A DNA stretch of 64,000 nucleotides from the human T2T-CHM13v2.0 reference genome, Homo sapiens (GCF_009914755.1 NC_060933.1); one strand, 5' to 3'; positions 48,428 through 62,671 are shown, counted from the first letter of the stretch. Made by a program: numbers and translations. Notes: a model not told the origin generated them from the sequence alone.

Positions 48428-49352
48428 TTTTTTAAAGTGATACATACTAATCGTACCTATTTATGGAGTGCTTGTGATATATTCACACAATGTGTAATCA
48501 CTGAAGCAGGGTATTTAGGATATCCATCACCTCTACCATTTATTATTCATTTGTTCTGGGAACATTTTAAATCTTCTTTTCTACCCATTTGAAATATATA
48601 ATATATTGTTGTTAACTATAGTCACCCAACTGTGCTGTCAAACCCTGGAATGTATTTCTTCTATCTGCCTGTATGTCTGTACCCACTGACCAACATCTCT
48701 GCATCTTACTCTACTCTTCCCAGTCTCTGGTACCTATCATTCTACTATCTACCTCCATAAGATCAATTTCTTTGGCTCCCACATGTTAATAAGAACATGC
48801 CATATTTGTCTTTCTCTGCTTGGCTTATTTCACTTAACATAATGTCCTCCCGTTTCATCCATGTCGCTGCAAATGATGTGATTTCATTCTTTTTATGGCT
48901 GAGTCATATTTCATTGTGTGTATTTAACACATTTTCTTTATTCATTCATCTGCTGATGGACACTTAGGTTGTTTCCTTATCTTTGCTACTGTGAACGGTG
49001 CTGCAGTGAAAATGGGAGTACAGATATCACTTCGATATACTGGTTTTCTTTACTTTGTATAAATAACCAGTAGTGAAATTGCTGGGTCATATAGTAGTTC
49101 TATTTTTAATTTTTTGAGGAACCTCCATATGGTTTTTTATAATGGCTGTACTAATTTAGATTTCCATCTATAATGTATAAGAGTCCCCCTTTCTCTGCAT
49201 CTATGCTAGCATTTTATTTTGTCTTTTTTTATAACAGCCATTCTAACTGGGGTGAGATGGTAACTCATTGTGGTTTTGATTGCATTTCTCTGATGATCAG
49301 TGATGTTGCACATTTTTTATGTACTTGTTGGCTATTTGTGTGTCTTCTTTTG
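48428..49352 (-). mobile_element. L1MA-type 3' end
   Basis: gggtatttaggatatccatcacctc...ttaactatagtcaccc...ggcttatttcacttaacataatg...ctcattgtggttttgattgcatttctctgatgatcagtgatgttg. Confidence 0.9.
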
Positions 49353-49539
49353 GTTTAGTTTTAGCAAAATCCTTCGTTCGTGTAACTGAGCTCTGGATTT
49401 AGTCTCCCAAGGCACAAGGAAATTTAACTGACAGTTCTCATGCTGTCCTGCCATCCTCACTTCAGCTCTGAGTGTTCCAGTATTCTAGCTTAGAGCTCTT
49501 TTTGTTCTTTCACTAGTTGCTCATATAACATTGTTTCTA

Positions 49540-49605
49540 GGCCCCTTTCCATCTGCTCCAGTTGTCCAATGTCCTTTTTGAACAGTGGTGGCCAGAACTG
49601 CAAAA
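49540..49605 (-). mobile_element. Possible CR1/L3 fragment
   Basis: caatgtcctttttgaacagtggtggccagaactgca resembles the antisense of the CR1 YCVQFW motif; short match. Confidence 0.35.
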
Positions 49606-52389
49606 TCCCCATGTAATTCCCCCATGCAATTTATTTGTGTCCATCTCTGTGCTAAGCAAAAACAACAAGGAGATGTAGAAGACATGGCCTGTGTTTTTGA
49701 GGAGCTCTTCTACAAAACAAAGCTATCAAGTGGCAGGTAAACACAGAAACAGAAACAAAAGGCAAAAGTTTTAAGGTGTTTTTCCACAGATGGGACAGAA
49801 ATTAGCACAGATAGCAGACAAAAGGATCTTAGTACTCATTTGTGTTGTCAAGTTTCTGGGTGTTCTCATTTTATTCCTAATACAGTATGCCATTAAAATG
49901 CATGTCTACATTTATTGGCAATGAATGTTACCCACATGAATATTAAAGGGAAATAAATTCCCAGTGGAGAGCAAGGCTGGTTATATTCTTTCTTTTGTTT
50001 CCCCCACTTTCTTCTTTTATTTCAGGGATAGCCAAGTGCTCAGAGTAGACATTTTGTTTCATTAATCCCTTTCTTTTTTGAATATTGACACAGCTGAGAC
50101 TCAGCGAGAGAATGGTGTTTGCACCCAACCCAGAATGGACCAAAGTGCTAGATTTCCTTTGCAAAGAAACTCGTCTTTGCAGTAAATGTTTGTCTCCTTT
50201 TTTTGTTGCTGATTGCACTTGTGAGATCATCAGGCTCTGGGTGTGAATGCAGCTTAATGGCCTCAACCTTTGTGTCTTTGCTGACTGAGCACTGCTCTTG
50301 GCTGTTCAAGGCATAGGTGGAGGGAGGAATAATTCCCCAGCTAATTCAGAGATCCCTTTGTTTTCCCTGTAATTAGTGTAGAACCCACATCTTGGCCACA
50401 CATTTGTAGACCATGCTACTGGTTACAGAGCAAAGTCATATCCATCATTTTACTTCCTCCTCATCATTGTCCTGTGAGGCAGGTGAGAATACCACCATTT
50501 ATACCTAAGGAGACCGCAACTTTCAGATTGCAAGAGATAGGTCATATACCATGCAGGAAAAACCAGGAAAAGGGGCAGAGGCTGAATTTGATCTCAGGGC
50601 TTTTGACCTCAAAGCCCTTGGTTAAATTTTTACACTTTATGGCTGCCTCCAAAACATTCACCTTTGTGTATAATGTGTAACCATCTGCAAAGCCCCTGAC
50701 ACGTAATTCTAGTTCAGTTATGCCTCACAACAGCCATATGGGTTGATGTGCCTATTTTACAACCAAGGTGCATTAGCTTTCCTTGAATTTCTTCACTTTG
50801 TGTTTGGGAGAAATAGGACAATTATATAAAGTTGAAGAATGGAATTTTTTGTGTGTGTGCATATATGTATGTATGTGTGTTTAATCAGCACAAATCTCCT
50901 TCCTGTGTTCTAGAAAACATAGGGGGCAAAATTAGAAGCAACTCAATTTCCTCTGCTTCTCTTCAGTCCAGGACAGTGAAAATTTTCATTCACAAAAAAT
51001 GTACCCCAAACCATATAAGATACAAAATGTTTAAACAAAACTTACATTATTTTCAATATAATCCTCTCCCATGAGTAAAAACTGGAATTATGTGGATTTT
51101 AAAGATGCTAAATATGTTAATCAAAGTTTGATTCTCTCAGTTTACAATAACTTATGCTTGCTGTTAATTTACAATTGACCAAAAGATTTTGAATATAATG
51201 TATTTAATTCTTCCAGGAATCACACAAGGTAGATATTATCATTTCCACTTTACAGATGCAGAAAGCAAGGCGTAGAGATGATCACAAATTTCCCAACCAT
51301 TGAGTGACAGAGCTCAGTCATGCAGAACTCAGGTTTGCATGACTCAAATTAGGCACAAGTTCTTGGAATTTTCCATAAGGGATAACTGCATCTTTTGCAC
51401 CTTCACAACTAGAAACGACTCAGCGACTTTTTCTGTGAGCAAATGTCGAGGTCTTAACTGCTTTAGTTCGAGGAAGTTCCTTTTTTCTTTTCAAAAATCA
51501 GGTTGCTGGAGATGGTACACAAAATACGAGAAAGAAGGCCTGATTCATTCTGTCAGCTCAACTTGTAGTCACTTGACATGCGAAAATTACAGATGACAGC
51601 TTTTCTATCTGTGATTCTGACACACTAAATCATAAATGTGCCTCTCACGTCTTTGCTGAAACAGCAGGAACAATGAGTGTCCAATTGCTGCACTGGTAAG
51701 CAGTCAGGACCAAAATTATTAGAGGTATCAGTGTAAGTAATATTCATCCCACCCAGTACAAACCAGTTTTCAGATTTGGCAGTGAACTTCTGAGAGCCTG
51801 GACCTGGGTTGCACCAGACCCTGGAGTTAGAGTGGACTCTTTGAGGAATAACATAAAAATCATCAAAGCATCTCATCCTATAGTTTGATAAGTTCAATAA
51901 CATTATGTAATTAGAAGAGACCTTAGTCACCTTCTAATTCCTTCATTCTGTGTCTCAGATAAAATTACAGAGGCCCAGGGAGGGAAATGATCTGCCTAAT
52001 ATCCCACAACAGGCCAATTGTGAAGCTGGACATTTGGCTCCTATAGAGACCTTTTCTCTTCCATTACACAGTAGAGATTCACTGAACTCCCATCCTATTT
52101 CTGGTCCTTGAGACACTAAAGAAATAACAAAACAAACACATGAACCTGCCCTTCAGGCTGATTAGAAAAACCGATCAGTTAATAGAATAATGATGCATGT
52201 AACAATGACTACAATAATTTAAAATAATAACACCAGTCATCATATATTGAATGGAATCTATTATTCTTATAGTGACCCCAAGAGGTAGATGTGTCATTAT
52301 CTTAAAGAGGTAAAGGGAAATAGGATTGTGGAGGTTAAGTTTCAAACCAAAGTTATGGTCATCAAGTAATGGAGCTGGGACTATGTGTA

Positions 52390-52860
52390 CAACTGGTGCT
52401 TTTGGTAATCAGAGAAGGGGAAACACCCATAGCATCCTAGGAAGAAGGAGAAAGTGATGCCTGCACTGGGTTTTCAAGGAAAAATAGAAATTAGACAGGT
52501 AAAGAAGGAAAAAGAATGGTAGAGACTGAGGAAGAGCATATACAAAGTTAGAAACGCTTGTGTCACATCAAGCAACTGGAGGAAATTTATTTTTATTGGA
52601 ATATTGGATTTGTGTGGGAGAACAATGACGGCTGAGGATTGGTTGGCAAATTTGGGAATCTCAGATTATGAAGGGTCTTGGTAAACACTTCTAAAGAGCT
52701 TAAATTTTATTTTAATGCAATTTATTAAGGGCAATGGGGTGTTTTAAGCAAACGAGACAGCATGACCAGATTTCCATCTTAGATTGATATTTTTAATTGA
52801 CAAGTAGAGGTAGGGCGGTCTGAAGAGCTTAGGAAAGAGTCAGGTAACCCACTGCAGGAG
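52390..52860 (-). mobile_element. L2 fragments
   Basis: gaggaagagcatatacaaag...cagattatgaagggtcttggtaaac...ttttaagca...catgaccagattt, antisense L2 pattern. Confidence 0.6.
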
Positions 52861-52929
52861 AATTTACATCAACAAGGATGTGCTGATGAGTACACCCCAT
52901 GGATAGGAATTAAGAGTCAAACCGTAACT

Positions 52930-53070
52930 GTGTACACCTGGCATAATGTGTCTGCATGCATTCACACTCATTTCATGTATATATATACATATTGTGTGTA
53001 TTATGATGTCATAATACATATGACATACAAATAGATTATATACATATAGATGTACAGGCATACGGTATAG
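52930..53070. repeat. TA/CA-rich low-complexity tract
   Basis: catgtatatatatacatattgtgtgtat...tatatacatatagatgtac. Confidence 0.7.
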
Positions 53071-53189
53071 ATCGATTACAATTATTCCAGTAATGCATAG
53101 TCACTCTTCTTACAACAAAAATGAAAAAGGATACTTTCTAAACACTTTAATCCAACTCACAAAGCTTTTTGTGTCTGTACCTGTTCACC

Positions 53190-53675
53190 AATCTGGACTC
53201 ATTCTTCACCAACCTACCCCCAGTCTACCCTCTAGGAACACTGTGCTTCATTTTTTACCCCTTCTAAGAAGCTATACTCTCTTTTATTTCTCCTCCCCTC
53301 ATTATTTCCCACTCAACATTCAGATCTCAATGTAGATGTCACTTTCTCTAGGAAGCAAGTCTGCCCTAACTGTCTATATTAACTTTGGGGTCCCTGCTAT
53401 ATGATTTCAAAGTACCCTCTGCATTTATCCATTATAGCACCTATTGTACTCTATGATAAAGCCTGTTCTCAGCATTGTCCATGTCCTTATTTTTAGCTCC
53501 ATGATTATAGCTATCTTTTGTCTTCTTTATTTCTTAATTCTTATTGCCTATGCCTAAACAGAGGGTAAGAAATGAGGTTTATATGGCCAATAGTAGGCAA
53601 CCAGTAAATATTTGTTTATATTTACTTTAAATAAAGAAGCAAACTAATGAATAAGTAAATAAGGAAATGAATGGA
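53190..53675 (+). mobile_element. L2 3' region
   Basis: cattcagatctcaatgtagatgtcactttctctaggaagc...aatagtaggcaaccagtaaatatttgtt. Confidence 0.6.
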
Positions 53676-54171
53676 GTACAGATACACCAGCCAATAAAAC
53701 TAAAGTATTAGAGTCCTCACAGACTCCATTACATCTCACTATTGGCTGGTATTTGAAGTGATTCTGAAATTTCTACCTTCTTCCCTATGCTAACCTGCCA
53801 CTGGGTTTCTAAGGATCCATTCTATGGCAAAAAACTCTCACTCGAAAATTTTTAGGAAGTCCTTGAAAGAGATGAACCTGCCTTTAGTCACCTGGAAATA
53901 CTGGGTTGAGCTTTACACACTGGGCTCTGACAGGCACAGGCAAGAGGAAGCTTTTAAAAGTTTATTTATTTATTTTTTTACTTTATTAGCACTTTTCTTG
54001 GTTTTAATAGGCTTCAATCACTTTCAAAGAGTAGAATCATTGCTACTGCATCAGTCACGCAGTGGAGATCTTCACAAGTGATGACCAGATAGCAATTATT
54101 ATTTGAATACTTGATATTTTGGTAATTTTCAAAAGTTAAAATTCCTCCAGAGTGTCTAACCAATTTTTTAA

Positions 54172-54275
54172 GTTATTCTATTGTATTACATTATATTCTA
54201 TTCTATCCTAGACTCCCTGATTCTATTCTATCCTATTCTCTTCTAGTTTATCCATTTCCAATCTATTCTATTCTT
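54172..54275. repeat. Degenerate (ATTCT)n pentanucleotide tract
   Basis: ttattctattgtattacattatattctattctatcct...ttctattctatcctattctcttct...tctattctattct. Confidence 0.75.
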
Positions 54276-55309
54276 TTTCATTTACATTTTCCATGCAATG
54301 ACTAACACTAGGTATTAGCAAAAGTTGTGGTGGTAGCAAAAAATAAATAATCCTTGACCTCAATACTTCAGTAAAAGTATTAATTTACAAAAATATTTCA
54401 AATATATGTTGGTAAGTGCTCTATTCAACCTTGTGCAAAGTTCAGATATACATACACAGAAGAATCCATTTATTTTTATAACATCAAAGTTATTTTTTTG
54501 GAGAAGATAATAAAAGAAACATTGTTTATAAGGGTGAGTAGGAGTTTGTTAAAAAAAGACTACAGAAGGTCATATTCTAGTCAGTGAGAACAGAATATTG
54601 AAAGTGATAGACAGGTGAAACACAATGATATGCTCAAAAATCTATAACTAATGACATTTTGTTAGTATACAAAGTGCAAGGTGCTTCTTCCTTCAGAACG
54701 ATTTGACAGCCATGTCCAGCTTCTTCCAAATTCATCAGTCAACCACATTCAAAATAATAATAGTATAATACCATATACAATGGCATGTACTTAGGTGACT
54801 TAACAAATTCAAATTCAAAGTGAAAGTGATGTCTTAGTACTTCAAATTTCCATGCATTTGGATCTTATATTTTTAATTTTAATCTAAATCCTTTAAGTAC
54901 AGTGACTGCATCTTTAGTCATCTTCACAGCCATCAGATCAATATACACACTGATCTCAAACTGTGTGTAGGATTTTTTTTGCTATGTAAAAATCTACATG
55001 TATAAGATAATGGAGGATACTGTTGTAATAGTATGTTTAGCAACATAGACCATATAATTTATTTATTCAACTAGTAACAATCACTTAGTATGATCTAGCA
55101 CATTTTAATCTAAAACACGTGTGCCAGACCACAATGACACATTGATATATGTTTGCAGAGGAATGGCTAAATGGTTGACAATGAACTTAGGAAACATTCC
55201 TGGGTTCTCTACTAATCCAAAGACAGCACTATTAAGCAGATGGAGTATCTAATTACAAGAAAAAAAAAACAAAAAAAAAACGAGGACACTTATCTTAACT
55301 AGGTCTCCT

Positions 55310-57625
55310 GCCATTAAAAAACTGAAACATCACATGTATAGTAAACAACTGTTTTCAGATATTGAGCAACAGGTAAAGCATAATGGTGATCACTAAGAAA
55401 TGGGAAACAAATGTAGTGAATCCTCAAATCAACAGGCTTACAACCAGGGAATACATTTTGGCCCACAGGGCAGGAAGTATTACAATATGGAGCTGAAGGA
55501 ATAGAACCTATAGTTCCAAACTGCTGGTCCAAGCTCTAGAGAAAGAGTTGTATGGAAATGTGGAAATGTCCATAACAGAAATTTGGATCTCCCTTTGAGT
55601 ATTTGGCTGAATACTTAGTTGAACCTACTATATAGCCTGCAAGTTTTGGCAAGAAATAAAATAAAGCAATAAGAAGACAACTACTAGGGGGATATTAGCT
55701 AAACATCTATGAGCTATGAGATTCTTAAGTTTGTACAAAGCAAGCCAGAATGGAGAGGTATTATCCATCTTAGATGAAATTCTAAACAGCTTTCACCTTA
55801 GGAATAGGGCTAATCAATTCACAGAGTATAGGCTAATCCACATGAACCTAAGAACACTTACAAAAAAGCCTCAGATGAAGAAAGAGACTTACATAAAAGT
55901 CTCAGAAGAAATTAACTGCCTGGCAAAACAAACATCAACTATTTAAGTAAAGGCAATAAAATCCAGACACTCAGTAATGAAGTATCCACATGTTCATGTA
56001 CATAATTCAAAATTACTAGACTGGGAAAGAAGCAGAAAATTTTGACTGACAATCAATAGAAACATTAGTCAACAAAAAATGCCCACAAATAATACAACTA
56101 ATGGAATTACCACACAAGGACTTTAAATCAGTTACTATAAATATATACAAGGACTTAAAGGAAAATGTGAACATAACTAGAAAACAGATAGGGATCTCAA
56201 TGTAGAAGTAAAAATCATATTTAAAAAAACAAAATAAATTATAGAGTAATAAGTCCAATATCTGAAATAAAGGCTATTAACTGAATGTATTTAACAGCAG
56301 ACTGGATGCTGCAGAAAACATGATAAGCAGCCTTGAATGCATAGCCATAGAAGTTATATCGATAATCATTCTAATTAAAAAGCAGAGATTAAAATGACTT
56401 TAAGTTATGGATATACCTTCAATGATCTGAGGGATAATAGCAAGCAGTCTAATATATGTGTAATTGGAGTTTTAGAAAGAGGGAAGAAAGAGATCAAGAA
56501 GAGAATATATTTCTTTAAATACTGGCTAAAAATTCCCTAGTTTAATAAAAAAATGAATAAACCCATGTATTCAAGAATCTCAATAAAATTAAGAAAGACT
56601 AACACAAAGAAAACTACATTTAAGCACGTCGTGTTCACACTGATGAAAACTCAAGACAAAGAGAAAATCTTAAAAGCAGTCATCAGGAATAGTGATAACA
56701 ATTATCAGTAACTTTTCATTAGAAACAGGCCAAACATTATCTGGAAGATAAAAGAACAACATCTTCAAAATTCTAAAGTAACATGGAATTCTGCATCCAA
56801 CAATAAAATATTTTAAATAAAAAATATTCCTTATGAATGAAAAAGTCAAACACTAAAACAATTTGTCACCAGCAAACATGTTAAAATAATATATAAGAAG
56901 GAAGTTAAAGGAAGTTTTTCAGGCTAAAGGAAAGTGATGCTAGGTGGGAAACAATCTATACAAATGAACCACACTAGAAATGAAACTTTAAAATATGTGT
57001 TTTCTCATTCCATAATTCCTGTAAAGATAATTGGCTGTTCAGTGCAAAAAGCAATAACAATCTATGGTTGGATTTATAACATATGAAGAAGTAAAAAGTA
57101 TGTAAACCAATTATTGCAGGCAATGTGTTTTAAGTTAAAAGACACATACAGGCTACAAGTATAAGAATAAAAAATATTTATAAAGCAGTCATTGATTATA
57201 AGAAAACTGGAATGCTAGGAGTGCTAGGTTAATATCAGTCAAAATAAACATCATAAAAATGAATATTTCCGGAGAAAAATAGAGACATTTTTTAATAATA
57301 AAGATGGTAAAGTCAATTCACTGGGAAGACTGAATAATCCTAAATGTGCTTGAACATAATAAGAGTTTCAAAATGAATAAGAACTAATAGAAATAAATGG
57401 AGAAATATACAGATTTGTTGAAAATTTTAAAATTCTGCTTTTAATAATTAATATAATGCATAGAAAATCAGTGAGAATGTAGATGAGACAAACAACTCTC
57501 ATATGAACTTGTTCTAATTGGAATTTATGGAACACTCCACTCAGCGGGAAACACATTATTTTCATGTATACATGGACTGTTCACCAAAATAAACCGTTTA
57601 CTGGGCAATAATAAAAGGGTCAATA
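55310..57625 (+). mobile_element. Old L1M 5' part (5' UTR, ORF1, start of ORF2)
   Basis: ttaacagcagactggatgctgcagaa, gtctaatatatgtgtaattggagt, caaagagaaaatcttaaaagcag ORF1 motifs; gtcaattcactgggaagac...taatcctaaatgtg EN-domain motif. Confidence 0.75.
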
Positions 57626-58378
57626 CATTTATTGGGGAAGAGTAAAAGCAAAGTATTGAGATCTGATTTCATTTTTTTACATAAATTGATTATAGCTGCA
57701 TTGTCATTAAAGTATCCAAATTAATATTATTACTGTTCAAGTTTGTTGTTCTATTAACTCTTTGTGTGACTTGGCAAGTTTTTTTCGTATCCCTGAACCT
57801 CAGTTTTCTGAAGCATCCATGTTTGGTTTTAACTAGACAATGTTTCCTTAAATTAATTTCTACTATCATTTATGAAAAGAGCACCCATCACAATGTTTTG
57901 TATATGGAAGGGCACCTCAACAAATATTTGTAAAAAATGTTGAATAAATTAATAAAAGAGAGACTTTGACAGTACTCTGCTGCATTTCATCCTTTACATT
58001 TCTATCTTTAAAATATGCCTTCTTTCCAAAGTGCAATATACTAAGTCCAATAGGATAAGGAATTGGAATTTCTTATCCTTACTTAAATACTTGCCCTTTC
58101 CTAATGTATTCTAGATATGGAAATAGAGTACAATTTTCAGTCATCTGTTTATTGAAGTAATAGTATGATATCATTATGTAAATGACAGTATTTATTTGCT
58201 GGACTAGTACATAAAAACATGCTGGTTTTTCTGCTATACAAAATGTTATTAATGTCTGTGAAATATAAAATGGCAATAATGGAATTAATGCAAAAAATTC
58301 AGATTATTACTATCTTTGGCCCCTATCTATGTATAATATCTTGCAAAGTCCATTTTGCTGTTGAAAGTGTGAATTCTG

Positions 58379-58748
<370 letters not shown>

Positions 58749-58849
58749 CTACTTAAAGCGTAAATAACAGTGCGTCAATTGTTTTAAGAATGAAAGAAAG
58801 TATGCTATGATTTTGCAACTATTTTTGACTTAATTTTAGGATTAGGAAT

Positions 58850-59075
58850 ATTTAATTCAATATTCTTCGAAGTGTACTTTGTAAATCATAGTCACACAGG
58901 CTATCAGTGTTATGAAGAGAGTAGAGAAGGAATGAATCCCAGTCTCAAATAAGTTTTGAAAATATTGACCTAAATAAATTCACGGACTTAATAGATCTTT
59001 TAATATATTAATGTATATTATAAATCTCTAAAATGTGGAAGGGAGATCATTGTATAAAGGGATCCCAAAACTTTT
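58850..59075. mobile_element. Possible MER103-like hAT-Charlie fragment
   Basis: tcaaataagttttgaaaatattg...ttttaatatattaatgtatattataaatctc...tcccaaaactt. Confidence 0.4.
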
Positions 59076-59080
59076 CACTG

Positions 59081-59200
59081 TGTATATTAGAGTCCTGTGG
59101 CTGTAGTAACAAAGTAACACAAACTTGGTATTTTAAAACAACAGAAATATATTCTTTTATAGTTCTAATGGCTGGAAGTCCAAAGCTAACATATCAGAAG
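59081..59200 (-). mobile_element. MLT1 LTR fragment
   Basis: gtatattagagtcctgtggctgtagtaacaaagtaacacaaacttggtattttaaaacaacagaaatatattcttttatagttct. Confidence 0.75.
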
Positions 59201-59499
59201 AGCCACAGTTTTAACAGAATAGCCTCAAAAAAAGTCTTCTGCTAATCAATAAGTGTGCTTTAAAAAATGCTAAGCATTCAGTAAACCATTTCAAAAAATA
59301 TACAATGAATAAAATGTATCTTTTCTTTCACTAATTTAGCACATTTAGTAATTGGGCAAATGTTTTTAAGAATGTCATATTTTTCAAGAACTGAGATATA
59401 AAAGTTGATAAGTAAGACATGGTCCTTGCCTTTATGAAGCGTAGATGTGCTTAGGAAAATAGGTGTAAACATAAAAAGTCATCTTCAGTGTAATAAGAT

Positions 59500-61250
59500 A
59501 GTCTGTTAGAAATATAAGGCAAGAAAACGAAATATGAAAAAAATCATGGAGATAACAGGTTAACAAAATAAAACAGCTAAAATAAAGTTCTTATGGCAAA
59601 TAAATGAAAGCATGGAATCAATGAAGAGTTAAAGAATCAAGTGGAAATTCAGACTAATGTATATGGAAGATATTGGAAAGAAACATATTGATTAATGTTG
59701 TTTTAACTTAAGGAATGCAAAGGAGTAAAACAGAGTTGCCAATTTTTATATAATAGGAATATTGGAAAGAAGTTAGTGGGGGATGCATAAAAAGCATACT
59801 TGATGAAATAACAATTGAGACTGTCCTAAAATAAAAAGAAGCAAAATTGCAGATAGAAAGGTCTCAGAGTGCTAAATCCTGTGAATAAAGAAATCAAAAC
59901 AAACAAGAATCAAAGAAGTAAACAAAAAAAGACTGTACAGTAAAATTAAAAACTTCAGTAAAGGAGAAAATTTTATCCAGTTCTAGAGAAAAAAAGACCT
60001 GATCTATAGAGGAAGAGGAAATCAGGTAGAAACCAACATTGTGTATGAAGCACTAGATGCAAGAGGATAGTGGAGAAATATTTCCAAAGTGCTAAAAAAA
60101 GAAGTATGTGTATAATCAACTCTAAATGAAAAAGCCAAGTAATCATAGTCTTAGGCTTAAAAAGTCCCAAAAGTTTTAATACAAAAATACCATTTTTGCA
60201 GACATTTTTATAAAAAATATTACAAGTAGACTATTAAATTCAGGAGAATTATAGAAGATCTTGCTAACAAAGTTAATTAATTACCTTAAGAAAAGTTACT
60301 GTCTTAATCAATGATCTCTCACAAGATAAAAAAAAAAGTGAGAAAAGAGAAATGTATAGGAATTCAAATTAAAACTCAGTATGATACTATGAGAGGGTGA
60401 AGGAGAAGAGGACAAGTAAGAAGAGAATGGGCTAAAGTGTTTTTGTTGATCATGGAAGACATACACATTGAAAGTCTTAAAAATTGATGAGAGAATGACA
60501 AAACAATATAAAATTCTTAATAAATTTTCTCTTATCATCAGAAACAATTCAATATAATTTTTCTAAACTGCACAATAAAATTTACTGCATTAATTGGAGG
60601 CAGGAAGGAAGATGAAAAGGGAAATAAGCATGGCAAATACAACTATGAAATAAAGTTACAGAAATAAGTACAAATATAATCATGATACATTAAATGTTCA
60701 TGGTTTAAATTTACTGTTCAAGACTCAGAGATTCTTAAATTGTACTTTTTAATGCCAAAATCCACTAATTTGTTATCTTTAAGAGAAAAATTAAAAACAC
60801 AGGTATGGTTTACACAAAAATAATAGAAACATATATATGAGGAAGATATGTACCACAGGTGTCTGAGATAGCAATTTTTATAACATATTAATATAATTTT
60901 AAGTAAAGTGAGAAAAATAGTAAAATAACAACATAGATAATAGAACAATAGAACAAAAAAAGAAACAATATTCATAAACATATATGCACATAAAGAAATA
61001 CACACAGAATTAATAAAACAACACTATAAGAATATCAGAGAGAAATAAATGTGGCAATAACTTACAGGGTGAGATTTTTACATGTTCTTCTAACAGATCA
61101 AGTAGAGTTTCAAAATAAGCAAAAGTATTTTTAAAAATTACAAAAATATGATTAGTAGGTACTATCTAATAGATACATACAGACCCAACAAAGAATATAC
61201 ATTTTTTAAGGACATATAAAACAGTGACAAATATTAACATGTAAGAGATT
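59500..61250 (+). mobile_element. Highly decayed L1ME-type ORF1/EN remnant
   Basis: A-rich bias; acattaaatgttcatggtttaaat (TLNVNGLN-like) at ~60687; ggagaaatatttccaaagtgct ORF1-like motif. Confidence 0.55.
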
Positions 61251-61526
61251 ACATAGTGCTATTAAATAATAAAAAGTAGGGAATGGGAATATAAAGTGTG
61301 GGAGTTGAAATTTCAAAAAGAGAATAAAAAGTTTGGGGTTGCAATTTTTTAAAGGGCTACAGTGAAGTCTTCATTTATAAATTGACATTTGAATAAAGAC
61401 TTGAAGGAGAGGGAGTGACCCATGTGAATGTCTGGGGGAAGAATATTGCAGGCAGAGATAACATATACTATTTTATATTTAGCTCATACTTACAATTGTG
61501 CCTTATTGTATATGGGGTGAGTGAGC

Positions 61527-61898
61527 TGATACGGTTAGGCTTTGTGTCCTGACCCATATCTCATCTTGAATTGTAATCCTCATGATACCCATAGGTCAAG
61601 GGAGAGACAAAGTGAAGGTAATTGAATGGGGGGCAGTTTCCTTCATGCTGTTCTCATGATAATGAGTTCTCACAAGATCTGATGGTTTTATAAGGAGCTC
61701 TTTCCACTTCCCTCCACAGGTCTCTTTCCTGCCACCTGTGAGGAAGGCGACTTGCTTCCCCTTCACTTTCCACCACAATTGTAAGTTTCCTGAGACCTCC
61801 CAAGCCATGCTGAACTGTGAGTCAGTTAAACCTCTTTCCTTTATAAATTACCTAGTCTCAGGCAGTTCTTTATAGCAGTATGAAAATGGACTAATACA
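61527..61898 (+). mobile_element. THE1 (THE1D-like, ERVL-MaLR) solo LTR
   Basis: tgatacggttaggctttgtgtcc...atctcatcttgaattgtaatcc...ttaaacctctttcctttataaattacc...gaaaatggactaataca. Confidence 0.93.
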
Positions 61899-62400
61899 GG
61901 AGTGAAATGGGAACCCACTCCCTGCCCTACAGGTGGGAGCCTGAACTGGTGTGGCCAATTTCAAGGGCAAATCTTGGTAATACTAAGTGAAATTGCATGT
62001 GTATATGGCCATGGATGTAGGAATCCTACTCTTGGGTATCTACTCCAGAGAAAGCCACGCACAAGTCTATCAAGAGACATGCATGACATATTTATTCATA
62101 AGATACGTGTGGTAGTAAGGAAGTAGATTAATCTAAATGTCTATTACCAAAAGGTTGGGTAAATTAAAAAGAAGAGGGTGATCAATACAAAGCAGAATTA
62201 TAGTCAGAAGACAAAAACTAGATGCACTTGGAAGAATAAGGTTAAATGTTAAAAACACAGTATTTATTGAATAAATTAAGAAATAAATAACAAATGTATA
62301 ATTTTATTTGTGAAAATTAAAAATGTATATTTATATAAAACAACAAAATATGTGTTAAGCTTGACTGTATATCTAAGAAACATCAAATATGCTAGTCTGG
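61899..62400 (+). mobile_element. L1ME-type 3' end (host of the THE1 LTR)
   Basis: ggtgggagcctgaactggtgtggccaatttcaagggcaa...gaatcctactcttgggtatctactccagagaaa. Confidence 0.6.
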
Positions 62401-62671
62401 ATGTTTGGAGGAACAAAGGGGAAAAGGGGAGGGAGAGAAAATGAATAGAAGATAAAATACTAAGTAAAATAAAACAAGTATGAGGCCTTGAAAGAATCGG
62501 GATAATTACCATGAAACAGAGTAAGATTGACTCAATTATATGCTTCATCTAAGGTTGAAAACAAAAACACAAACAACAAAACAGTTGAATATAAAATTAT
62601 GCAGGTAGTATATAAAGATGAAGAATAAAAAGTTCAGACTAAAAACTAGAAAGAGACATATAGATCATATT

